Positions 1-8,362 of a stretch of 64,000 bases of DNA are shown here, piece after piece; position 1 is the stretch's first letter; the number at the start of each line of letters is the position of its first letter. Location: contig JAWLHY010000002.1 of NCBI GenBank assembly GCA_041690135.1, forward strand, positions 848,342-912,341. The letters run 5' to 3'. This stretch comes from Armatimonadota bacterium. Its GTDB lineage: Bacteria; Armatimonadota; SYMT01. A program made the translations under genes and the position numbers. The notes beneath the pieces are model-generated. The model did not search any database. It was not told the DNA's origin and worked only from the letters and a program-made list of their open reading frames with translations.

Positions 1-2
1 CG

Positions 3-482
3 GTTGCCGTAGCCGAAAAGGAGCAGGTCAGCGGGACCAGCCGGTCGACCGGAAAGAAAGCAAAGGCCGCGAAGGCCGCGGCTGAGGCGGTCCCACTGCC
101 TCAGCCCGCCGAGGCGGAGCCGGCTGAGCCGCTCGTCAAGCAGCAGAACTCCGAGCAGCAGAGCGCCAAACAGCAGCGGAAGTCCGCCGCTGCCCACACG
201 CAAACACCACCTGCACCGCCACCCCAAACCGGCCGGCAAACGGCCGCTTCCCGCCCGACGGTGGCCCGTGCCGCGCCGCTCCCGGCGGGTTCCTCCGGAA
301 CCGCGGCGAAACCGCCCGCGGTGTCCGGTCGTGCTGCCGCCGGACGGCCGGTTGCGGCTCCTACGGCCCGCCCCGCACCGGTACCCAGGAAACCGGCCGG
401 TGCCTCCACCGTCGTGGTCGCGCCGCCGGAGAGACCGCCCGCAGCTGCGCGCGGGAAGGCGCGGGAAAAGGTGAAAGCCTGA
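3..482 (+). CDS. 3' part of a CDS with an Ala/Pro/Lys-rich low-complexity C-terminus (starts before the window)
   Basis: The frame of ORF 261..482 is open back to position 3 (VAVAEKEQVSGTSRSTGKKAKAAK...) and ends at TGA 480-482. Confidence 0.6.
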   Translation, partial: VAVAEKEQVSGTSRSTGKKAKAAKAAAEAVPLPQPAEAEPAEPLVKQQNSEQQSAKQQRKSAAAHTQTPPAPPPQTGRQTAASRPTVARAAPLPAGSSGTAAKPPAVSGRAAAGRPVAAPTARPAPVPRKPAGASTVVVAPPERPPAAARGKAREKVKA

Positions 483-599
483 CCTGTAGAGCGGCTGGCA
501 GGAATGGAGTGAACATGCATAGAATCAGGGAACAACGTTGAACTCGAATGGTTTGCGAAACGTTCGCATATCGTTTGCATAGAAGAGCTCTGAATTCGC

Positions 600-2465
600 A
601 TGACTGCCATCGCTTCGCAGCCGGCTCGCACGCGCATCGTGGGGGATCGTTCCCAGCGACCGCCGGAATCGACGATCCCGGAGATGTTCCGGCGTACCGT
701 CGAGCGCAACCAGGACAAGACCGCCCTCATGTACAAAGCCGAGGGCGAATACCGGCCGATCACCTATCCTGAGTATGCGGAGCAGGTGCGGAATCTGGCT
801 TTGGGCCTGTCCGGACTCGGGCTGAAGCACGGGGCACGTGTGGCCCTGCTTTCTGAGAACCGTCCGGAATGGGCCTACGTGGACCTGGCCGTCACCGGAA
901 TCGGAGCGGTCAACGTGCCGCTTTACGCCACGCTGCCGCCGCCGCAGGTGGAGTACATCATCCGGGATTCCGAGTCGCAGTTCGTGATCGTGTCCCATGC
1001 CAAGCAGTTGGCCAAGGTCCTCGAGGTGCGGGCCAACCTGCCCCTGGTGACCCACATCATCGTCATGGACCCGCCGGAGGAACTGCCCGAGGGCGTGCTC
1101 ACGCTGGCACAGGTCATGGAAGCCGGAGCGGCCCAGGCTAACGGCGAGGCGGAGTGGAAGCGGCTGAACGCGGCAGTGAACCCGCACGATCTGGCCAGCA
1201 TCATCTACACCTCGGGGACCACGGGAGCTCCCAAGGGGGCGATGCTGACGCACGACAATTTCATGTCGAACGCGCTCGCCGCGGCGCCCCTGGTGGAGAT
1301 CCGGAAGGACGATCTCTTCCTTTCCTTCCTCCCGCTTTCCCACGTTTTCGAGCGCCTGGCAGGGCATTACTTCCCGCTGGTGGTCGGCGCCACCATCGCC
1401 TACGCGGAGAGCATCTTCACCGTCCAATCCAACATGGTCGAGGTGAAGCCGACGGTTTTGGCCAGCGTGCCCCGGCTCTACGAGGCGATCGAATCCCGCA
1501 TTCGTGACGGGATCCAGAAGCAGCCGGAGAACCGGCGAAAGATGGCGGAACAGGCGATCGAAGTCGGCTGGGAATACCATAGCCGGCGCATTCTCGGCGA
1601 GTCGCCGGGGATGGTGCTTTCCACCAAGTACGCGATGGCCGAGCGGCTGGTGCTCGGTCCGCTGCGCGAGAAGGTGACCGGTGGGAGGCTGCGCTTCTTC
1701 ATCTCCGGCGGTGCACCCCTTCCGGTGCGGACGGCCCAGTTCCTCACCTCTCTCGGGCTCCATATCCTGGAAGGCTACGGGCTCACGGAGACTTCTCCGG
1801 TGATCTGCGTCAACCGGCCCTCCCGGACGAAGCTCGGAACCGTGGGCCCGCCGATCAGCGGGGTGGAGGTGACCATTGCGCCCGATGGGGAGATCCTGTC
1901 GCGCGGTCCGCACATCATGCAGGGCTACTACAAGATGCCCGAGGAGACGGAAAAGGCGATCGACGCGGAAGGCTGGTTCCACACCGGCGATATCGGGGTA
2001 CTCGACGAAGAGGGCTATCTCAAGATCACCGACCGCAAGAAGGACATCATCGTCCTGGCTAACGGGAAGAACGTGGCGCCCCAGCCGATCGAGGCCAAGA
2101 TCAAGGGCAGTGCCTACGTGGCCAACGTGGTTCTTTTTGGAGATCGCCAGACGCAGGTGGTCGCCCTCATCGTCCCCGAGATGGAGCAACTCAAGACGTG
2201 GGCGCGCGGCCAGGGCCTCGATACCGAGGACGTGGAGAAGCTGCTTTCCGCGCCGCAGGTGAAGAAGCTGTTCCGCGAGGAGATCGATCGGAACACCCAG
2301 GAGTTCGCGGACTTCGAGAAGGTCCGCCGCTTCACCCTTCTACCGCGGGATTTCAGCCAGGATCGGGACGAAGTGACGCCGACTTTGAAGATCAAGCGTC
2401 GGGTGGTGGCCCAGAACTACGCCGCCGAGATTCAGTCCATGTATGGTGGCCGAGGGGAAGGGTAG
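600..2465 (+). CDS. Long-chain fatty acid--CoA ligase (AMP-dependent synthetase, FadD15-like)
   Basis: AMP-binding motifs IIYTSGTTGAPKG, EGYGLTE, GWFHTGDIG, ITDRKKD. Confidence 0.95.
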   Translation: MTAIASQPARTRIVGDRSQRPPESTIPEMFRRTVERNQDKTALMYKAEGEYRPITYPEYAEQVRNLALGLSGLGLKHGARVALLSENRPEWAYVDLAVTGIGAVNVPLYATLPPPQVEYIIRDSESQFVIVSHAKQLAKVLEVRANLPLVTHIIVMDPPEELPEGVLTLAQVMEAGAAQANGEAEWKRLNAAVNPHDLASIIYTSGTTGAPKGAMLTHDNFMSNALAAAPLVEIRKDDLFLSFLPLSHVFERLAGHYFPLVVGATIAYAESIFTVQSNMVEVKPTVLASVPRLYEAIESRIRDGIQKQPENRRKMAEQAIEVGWEYHSRRILGESPGMVLSTKYAMAERLVLGPLREKVTGGRLRFFISGGAPLPVRTAQFLTSLGLHILEGYGLTETSPVICVNRPSRTKLGTVGPPISGVEVTIAPDGEILSRGPHIMQGYYKMPEETEKAIDAEGWFHTGDIGVLDEEGYLKITDRKKDIIVLANGKNVAPQPIEAKIKGSAYVANVVLFGDRQTQVVALIVPEMEQLKTWARGQGLDTEDVEKLLSAPQVKKLFREEIDRNTQEFADFEKVRRFTLLPRDFSQDRDEVTPTLKIKRRVVAQNYAAEIQSMYGGRGEG

Positions 2466-2472
2466 CCCCGAC

Positions 2473-3747
2473 GTGCGGAGCGTGCTGGTTCCGCTGATCC
2501 TGGTGGTCTGGCTGCCGGTGGGGATGATGCCTCCACCGGCAGCGGGAATGGCTGCGGGCGAGCCGGGGAACCAGGCGGCTCCCCGGTTGCCGGCCTCCCC
2601 GCGGATCAGCGCGGAGTTGCGGGATCTCGCGATCGAGGACGCGGCCGCCCGGTTAGAATCGATCCTTCGGGTCAAAGTGCACGTTCCCCCCCGTTTGCCC
2701 GCCGGCGGCGACGCTGCCCCTTCGCGCCTGGCCGTTGCTCCTCCCGTTCCAGGGAACGCGCCCGATCTCCTCGATTACGAGCGGAGGGGCAGCTTTTCCT
2801 GGAAGGATGTTCCCGTGGCGGACGCGCTGCGCGAGTTCTGCCGTCACTATCGTTGCTCACTCGGAATGGACTATCGCGGTAACCTGACGGTATCTCCGAT
2901 CCCTCTCGCTACCGGCCCGACCGCGTCGGCGGGGGATTATCAGGTCCGGGTCGAAGCTCTCAACTATACCGACTCACGTTCCGTCGACGCGTTGGGTGAG
3001 TTCACCGCACGCCGCAATCTGAGCTTGCAGTTCGCGATCCGGGCGGTGTCCGCGCATGTGGCGCGGATCCACTCGCTGGAGAACATCCGGGTAGAGGACC
3101 AGGCCGGTCGCGATGTGCTCGAAAAGCCCGCCCCAGGCCAACTCCCAGGTCCGGCCGCACCGCGCGCCTTTCCGGATGAACGGGGGCAAACCGTTCGGCT
3201 GGAGTGGCCCTATCCGCGTCCGGAGCGGTTGCGGCTGATCGAAGGCGACCTGCTTCTGTATCGACGGGTGTCTCTCCAGCAGGTGGAGATAGCGGTACCG
3301 GCACCCGGACAGATCTCCGACATCGTGGAAAGCGGCGACGTCCATTGCCAGTTGGTCCAGGTCGACTCCTCCGCGGAGGGACTTCGAGTCACGCTCCGGT
3401 TGATGTGTCCCGCGGAAATGGGGGTGCTTCTCAACGCTTTCCCCGCCACCGCCGAGATCGTCCTTCCGAAAGGGCAGCGGGTGCCTATGGTCGTCACCGG
3501 AATGGGTTGGGGAATGTCCGAGGGCTGGAAGAGCATGGACTTTTCCCTCGCGGTGGCGGGTCAGAAGGACGTCCAGGGCAAGTTGCGGCTACGGTTCCTC
3601 CGGCAAGAGCGTCCGGACCGGCGAGTCCACTTCCGCCTCACCGACTTCCCTTATCCGTTGAGCCCGGGATTGCCGGCTTCCGGAGGGCAGAGCGGTGGCT
3701 CCCAGGAGAACGCGCGTGGCTCCGCGACCGGCGGAGGTGGCAAATGA
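2473..3747 (+). CDS. Exported hypothetical protein, paralog type A (STN-like N-terminal region)
   Basis: Signal-like N-terminus; shares WKDxP..ALRxFCRxY, FPDER..WPYP..IEGDLLLY and FRxTD motifs with 5284..6534; start uncertain (2443 or 2473). Confidence 0.75.
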   Translation: MRSVLVPLILVVWLPVGMMPPPAAGMAAGEPGNQAAPRLPASPRISAELRDLAIEDAAARLESILRVKVHVPPRLPAGGDAAPSRLAVAPPVPGNAPDLLDYERRGSFSWKDVPVADALREFCRHYRCSLGMDYRGNLTVSPIPLATGPTASAGDYQVRVEALNYTDSRSVDALGEFTARRNLSLQFAIRAVSAHVARIHSLENIRVEDQAGRDVLEKPAPGQLPGPAAPRAFPDERGQTVRLEWPYPRPERLRLIEGDLLLYRRVSLQQVEIAVPAPGQISDIVESGDVHCQLVQVDSSAEGLRVTLRLMCPAEMGVLLNAFPATAEIVLPKGQRVPMVVTGMGWGMSEGWKSMDFSLAVAGQKDVQGKLRLRFLRQERPDRRVHFRLTDFPYPLSPGLPASGGQSGGSQENARGSATGGGGK

Positions 3748-5255
3748 CACGCGCGCGGAGTGGGGGCCGTGTCCACCTCCTGGGGTGGATGATCACTTGT
3801 CTGTTCTTCGGGGCGCCGGCGTCGGCGGCCCCCCGCGTAACTTTGACCATGGAGAGCGCCTCATTCCATGAGATCATCCGCAAGCTCCACGAGTTGACCT
3901 CATTCACCTTCACTTCCGCGGATGGCGCGGGTCACCGGGCGTTCCAGGACCAGCCGAATGCGCGCCGGGTCCGCGTGGATTGGAAGGAGGTCCCCCTGGG
4001 TCTCGTGCTGCGGGATCTCTGCAGCCGGTTCGGCCAGAACGTGGTCAGCAATGGCGACAACGGGTTCTGGTTTCAGGCGGGGCTGCTTCCCACGCGAGCG
4101 GAGGTCGTGTCCGGGGGAATCGCATTCTCCCTCGGCGCCATCCAGCAACTCGATCAGACGGCGATCGTCCCCGGCGGACCGGCGCCCCGGTTCCAACGGA
4201 CCCTGCAGTTGTCTCTCCTCTGTCGCGCCCTGGATGGGGAAGGCGACGTGATCGGCGGGTTGAGGCGGATCGCCCTGGTGGATGAAGGGGGGAAGAGCCG
4301 CCAACCCACCGCGGTGTTGCCGGCCCAGGATTGGTCGGCGTTGCCGGACGAACGCTCGCGACCGATCACCGTGCATTGGGAGGGCGAGCATGCCCGGCGC
4401 CTCCAGCGCATCGAGGGTGAGCTTCTTGCATATAGCCGTCTGGAAGAGCACCGGTGGACCGTGCCGTTGGCCGGCTCTTCACCTCCCGCGGTTCCGCTTC
4501 AGAAGGAACTGGGGCCCGTCTCGGCGAGTATTGGGGTCCTGCGGATCGCGGGCCGGTCGCTCCAGACGGAGATTCAACTGAATTGGCCCGCGGATGCAGA
4601 CGTGACGGTCCGCGGGTTGGCGGCCGTCCGCGTATTCGTGAGATTGGAAAATGGGCAGTATCAGCGGCTGCACGGCACGGTCAACGCGGGCGAGGCGCCA
4701 TCCGGCGCAAGCGGTAGCCGGACCTTACGGATGGACCTGTTGGGGCAGTGCGAGGGCCCACCGGTCGCGCTGGAAGTGCGCGTGCCGGTGCGCACCGGGC
4801 CGATACGGGCGATACCCTTTCGGATCGAAAACGTGGTCCTTCCCTTCGGGCGACCGCTCACGCTGCGGACAGAACCGCTGCACGAAGCAGTACCGGCCGT
4901 GCCGGGTGGGTCGGACGGCCGGATCGAGGTTCCCGCTGACCTGGCGGCTCCGCAAGGGGGGATTCTCGAGATCACCCTTCCCGGGTTCGCGCGCATGCCC
5001 GAGGCGACGGTGACCCTAGGCCTCAGCCGCAAGCTGGAGGACGGGAAGTGGTCCGCCGTCCGGTGGGTCTCCGTTACGGGCGAAAGCCCATCGGCGCGAG
5101 TGGAAGGGTTGCGACCGGGGGTGTACCGGGTTCGCCTGCGTCGTTTCCCGGCGGAAACGACCGAGGGTCCCCGGCCGGAGATTCTGGATAAGACCGAGGA
5201 AGTGCGGATCGTGCCCGGAGCACTCTCACGAGTCTTCCGGTCGGGCGCCGGCTAA
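3744..5255 (+). CDS. Exported hypothetical protein, paralog type B (extra C-terminal beta domain)
   Basis: ATGA overlap with the upstream stop; signal peptide ending PASA-APRVTL; LPDER..WEGEHARRL..IEG and VVLPFGRP shared with 6531..8066. Confidence 0.8.
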   Translation: MTRARSGGRVHLLGWMITCLFFGAPASAAPRVTLTMESASFHEIIRKLHELTSFTFTSADGAGHRAFQDQPNARRVRVDWKEVPLGLVLRDLCSRFGQNVVSNGDNGFWFQAGLLPTRAEVVSGGIAFSLGAIQQLDQTAIVPGGPAPRFQRTLQLSLLCRALDGEGDVIGGLRRIALVDEGGKSRQPTAVLPAQDWSALPDERSRPITVHWEGEHARRLQRIEGELLAYSRLEEHRWTVPLAGSSPPAVPLQKELGPVSASIGVLRIAGRSLQTEIQLNWPADADVTVRGLAAVRVFVRLENGQYQRLHGTVNAGEAPSGASGSRTLRMDLLGQCEGPPVALEVRVPVRTGPIRAIPFRIENVVLPFGRPLTLRTEPLHEAVPAVPGGSDGRIEVPADLAAPQGGILEITLPGFARMPEATVTLGLSRKLEDGKWSAVRWVSVTGESPSARVEGLRPGVYRVRLRRFPAETTEGPRPEILDKTEEVRIVPGALSRVFRSGAG

Positions 5256-5283
5256 CACACTGCGCAATCCGTGAGGTAACCCT

Positions 5284-6534
5284 TTGTACCGACACTTGGC
5301 TTTGACCGTGGGACTGGCATCGTGCGCCCTGGCGGGAGCCGACCGGGCTACGGCCCCCGCCCGTCCGGCGATCCCTGCCGCCACGCCAGAGGTCGCCCGC
5401 GGCCTCCGTTTCACTCCGGACGGGATCGCGCGGCTCACCGGTACGCTCCCAAACCTGAACCTTCCGGACGCCGCCGCGCGCCTCTCCGCGTTGATGGACC
5501 TGGAAGTGGTGCTCCCCGAGCCGGAAGAACCAGACTTGGAAGAAGGGGAGGAAGACCCGCAAGCGCCAGGCGCCAGCCTGGCACCTGCGCGGTTTGACCT
5601 GACCCAGCGGGCTACCCTGGCCTGGAAAGACGCGCCGTTGGGAGAGGCACTCCGCCAGTTCTGCCGGGCATATGGGTGTCGCCTCGATTGGGGTGGCCAA
5701 CCCGGAGGCAGTTTGTTCCTCACCCCGGGCGTGCTCCCGAAAGGACCCGTGGCCCGCGTTCCGGGCTTTTCGGTGGAAGTGGCCGCGATCCACTACCACG
5801 ACGAGCGGACGGCCGAGGAGACGGGTATCGATCCGGAAGTCGAGCGAGGTCTGGAATTGCAACTGAGCGTGCGCGCGGATAGCGGAGACCCGGCGCCCAT
5901 CTATGGCTTTCACAACGTCCGCGTGGTGGACGACCAGAACCGGGATGCGTTGGAAGCGGAGGGGGAGCCGGACGGCTTTGGCCTGTCGAGCGCCGCCTCT
6001 CCCTCCCCTTTTCCCGATGAGCGGGTCCGCTCGGTGCCGTTTGCCTGGCCCTACCCTGCACCGCACCGTCTCCACCGGATCGAGGGCGATCTTCTGCTCT
6101 ACTCGCGCATCCGGCGCATGCCGCTCGACTTGCGTCTCCCGAAACCGGGTGAGATGGGCGAGATGCGCAAGGCCGGTCCCTTCCGGATCGAGTTTCAACA
6201 GTCGACCTTTGAGGCCGGAACCGCTGCCCTGGGGCTACACGTCAATATACCCCCCGGAGTGACGCTCCAGCCGGCCGGGCAGCTACCTCGGGCTACGCTC
6301 ATCCTTGAAGACGGTTCGCGGGTTCCGGCTTTGCTGTTCCGCACCGACTCGGGGGACCTGGGCGATGGGAGCCGTTGGCACTACCAAACGCTGGAACTCG
6401 AGAAAGGCGGATTGAAGACCCGGCCGGTACGGCTGCAAGTTGACATGCTGGTGAAGTCCGATCCCGACCGGAAACTGCCTTTCCGGTTCACGGATTATCC
6501 GGCCGTCATTACCCCCCGAGGTACCGGGCAATGA
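5284..6534 (+). CDS. Exported hypothetical protein, paralog type A
   Basis: GAGG RBS and TTG start; signal peptide; clear paralog of 2473..3747. Confidence 0.8.
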   Translation: MYRHLALTVGLASCALAGADRATAPARPAIPAATPEVARGLRFTPDGIARLTGTLPNLNLPDAAARLSALMDLEVVLPEPEEPDLEEGEEDPQAPGASLAPARFDLTQRATLAWKDAPLGEALRQFCRAYGCRLDWGGQPGGSLFLTPGVLPKGPVARVPGFSVEVAAIHYHDERTAEETGIDPEVERGLELQLSVRADSGDPAPIYGFHNVRVVDDQNRDALEAEGEPDGFGLSSAASPSPFPDERVRSVPFAWPYPAPHRLHRIEGDLLLYSRIRRMPLDLRLPKPGEMGEMRKAGPFRIEFQQSTFEAGTAALGLHVNIPPGVTLQPAGQLPRATLILEDGSRVPALLFRTDSGDLGDGSRWHYQTLELEKGGLKTRPVRLQVDMLVKSDPDRKLPFRFTDYPAVITPRGTGQ

Positions 6535-8066
6535 TACGGCTTTCCCTGCCCTGCTCCCGTAGACGCTCCGGGACCCGCAAGAGGTGGGTCCTCGTTGCGC
6601 TGCTCGCCGGTCTCATTCCGGTAGCCGCCCGCCCGGCCGTTGCCGGGCCGCGCGTCACGCTGCGTATCGGCCGGGCTAGTCTTCACGAGGTGCTCATGCG
6701 CCTGGCGGAAGAAACCGGTTACCGCTTCGCGGCTCCCGGGGGCGTGGGGCAGCCGGGTTACAAGGACCCCCCCGGGGCAAAACGCCTTCCGGTCACCTAC
6801 GAAAATGCTCCGCTCGGCCGGGTGATCCGTGAGGTCGCCGCAGCCCACGAGTTCCAGCCCCGGTTCGCGGGCGGATATGTGCTGCTGGTTCCCCGCGGCG
6901 GCCTGGTGCTCGCCGGCGAGACGGCGGCCGGTCCGCGCGGGGAGATCCTGGTTTCCGTGCAGCGGTTGAGCCAGTCCGAGTACCGCGAGATCATTCCCGG
7001 TGCGGACGTCCCCAGGGATGAGAAGAGCCTGGATCTCCGACTGATGCTGCGAGCCGTGGATGGGGAGGGGGACCGCCTGGGGGCGGTCAAGGACTTAACG
7101 CTGGTCGATCCGCAAGGTCGCGTGCGGAAGGCTCCCGTGTCGGCTTACAATCGCTCGCTGGAGCGCGGGCTTCCGGATGAGCGGTTTCTGGACCTCTCAC
7201 TTCCCTGGGACGGAGAGCACGCCCCGCGCCTGAAGCGGCTCGAGGGTCGTGTGGAACTCTACACGGAGGTTGCCGAGCGCAAGGTGGAGATTCCCTTGGG
7301 CCCAGCGTCCGGCCGGGGTCGCGGGCAGCCACTGGCCGAGGCGGCTTCTTCGCCGTTCATGGTGAAAGTCCTCCGGCTGGGAAGCGGTACCGCAGTTTCG
7401 GCGCGCATCCGTGTGGACGGGACCCCCAGTCCGTCGCATCAATTCAACGAGCAGGGACAGGTGCGGGTGACGGCGATTCTGGCCGACGGACGCCGGGCGC
7501 CGCTTTCGGGAGAAGTCCGGCGTGGGCGTGGAGAGCCGTCCCACGTTCTGGGAGATTTCTTCGGACCCGGCAACGGACCCGTGAGTGCCCTGGAGGTGAT
7601 CGTTCCGATGCGGGGAAGTGCGGTGCTGGAAGTGCCTTTCGCGCTGTCCGATGTCGTCCTGCCGTTCGGCCGTCCTTATCCTCTGCGCGTCCAGCCTCTC
7701 AATGAGCCCCTTCGCCCGCTGAAGTTCGTACGCTATCAGCACGGTCCCCGGACACCGGCAGCTTTCCTGGATCCCGCGGGAGGCACACTCCGCATCGAAC
7801 GCCGCGAGGCGCCTGCGGAGAACGATGCCGAGACGCAGGTGGGCCTACGCCGGAAACTGCCGACCGGCACTTGGGGCGCGGTGCACTGGGTTTCCATTGT
7901 AAGCGGGGACCCGTGGTTGGAACTTGAAGACCTCGCGCCGGGAATCTACCGGGTCCAGATGCGCGGAGGGGCCGCCACGGGGGCTCCGCCTGCCGGAGGC
8001 CGGAAGCCGCTGGAGACGACCGAGATCACGATCCAGCGCGGGAAGACAAGAACCCTCATCTTTTAA
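6531..8066 (+). CDS. Exported hypothetical protein, paralog type B
   Basis: ATGA overlap; signal peptide ending AVA-GPRVTL; paralog of 3744..5255. Confidence 0.8.
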   Translation: MIRLSLPCSRRRSGTRKRWVLVALLAGLIPVAARPAVAGPRVTLRIGRASLHEVLMRLAEETGYRFAAPGGVGQPGYKDPPGAKRLPVTYENAPLGRVIREVAAAHEFQPRFAGGYVLLVPRGGLVLAGETAAGPRGEILVSVQRLSQSEYREIIPGADVPRDEKSLDLRLMLRAVDGEGDRLGAVKDLTLVDPQGRVRKAPVSAYNRSLERGLPDERFLDLSLPWDGEHAPRLKRLEGRVELYTEVAERKVEIPLGPASGRGRGQPLAEAASSPFMVKVLRLGSGTAVSARIRVDGTPSPSHQFNEQGQVRVTAILADGRRAPLSGEVRRGRGEPSHVLGDFFGPGNGPVSALEVIVPMRGSAVLEVPFALSDVVLPFGRPYPLRVQPLNEPLRPLKFVRYQHGPRTPAAFLDPAGGTLRIERREAPAENDAETQVGLRRKLPTGTWGAVHWVSIVSGDPWLELEDLAPGIYRVQMRGGAATGAPPAGGRKPLETTEITIQRGKTRTLIF

Positions 8067-8087
8067 GGAATTGTCCAAGTATAACCG

Positions 8088-8267
8088 CTAAATGGTTCCC
8101 AGCCGACGGAGGTCGGCTTCGCCGTGTGTAGCCGCGAGTTCACTCGCCCAACTGTAGCGGCTAAGGCGGAAGAACCCGGTTCCCGCATCCCAATGCCACA
8201 AATTGGCCTTTATCTCTCGAAGCGGTTGCCAGTATGTAGTTACGGGTACGTCGAGTACTTCCACCAT
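8088..8267 (-). CDS. Possible small hypothetical protein (59 aa)
   Basis: MVEVLDVPVTTYWQPLREIKANLWHWD... has globular-like composition and fills an intergenic gap; no recognisable motif. Confidence 0.3.
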   Translation of the reverse strand: MVEVLDVPVTTYWQPLREIKANLWHWDAGTGFFRLSRYSWASELAATHGEADLRRLGTI

Positions 8268-8362
8268 GGTCAAGTTTTCCCCGGCAGCCCGTCCCTTTGG
8301 CACGGAACTTGCTGGGTAAGAGAGCAGGGGTGGTGTCGGTCTCACGCGGAGCGAAAGTCAGG

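Noticed and set aside
3204-3743. N-terminal extension of the 683-aa ORF
   Set aside because: Overlaps the upstream gene; the ATGA-coupled start at 3744 gives a signal peptide that matches the paralog
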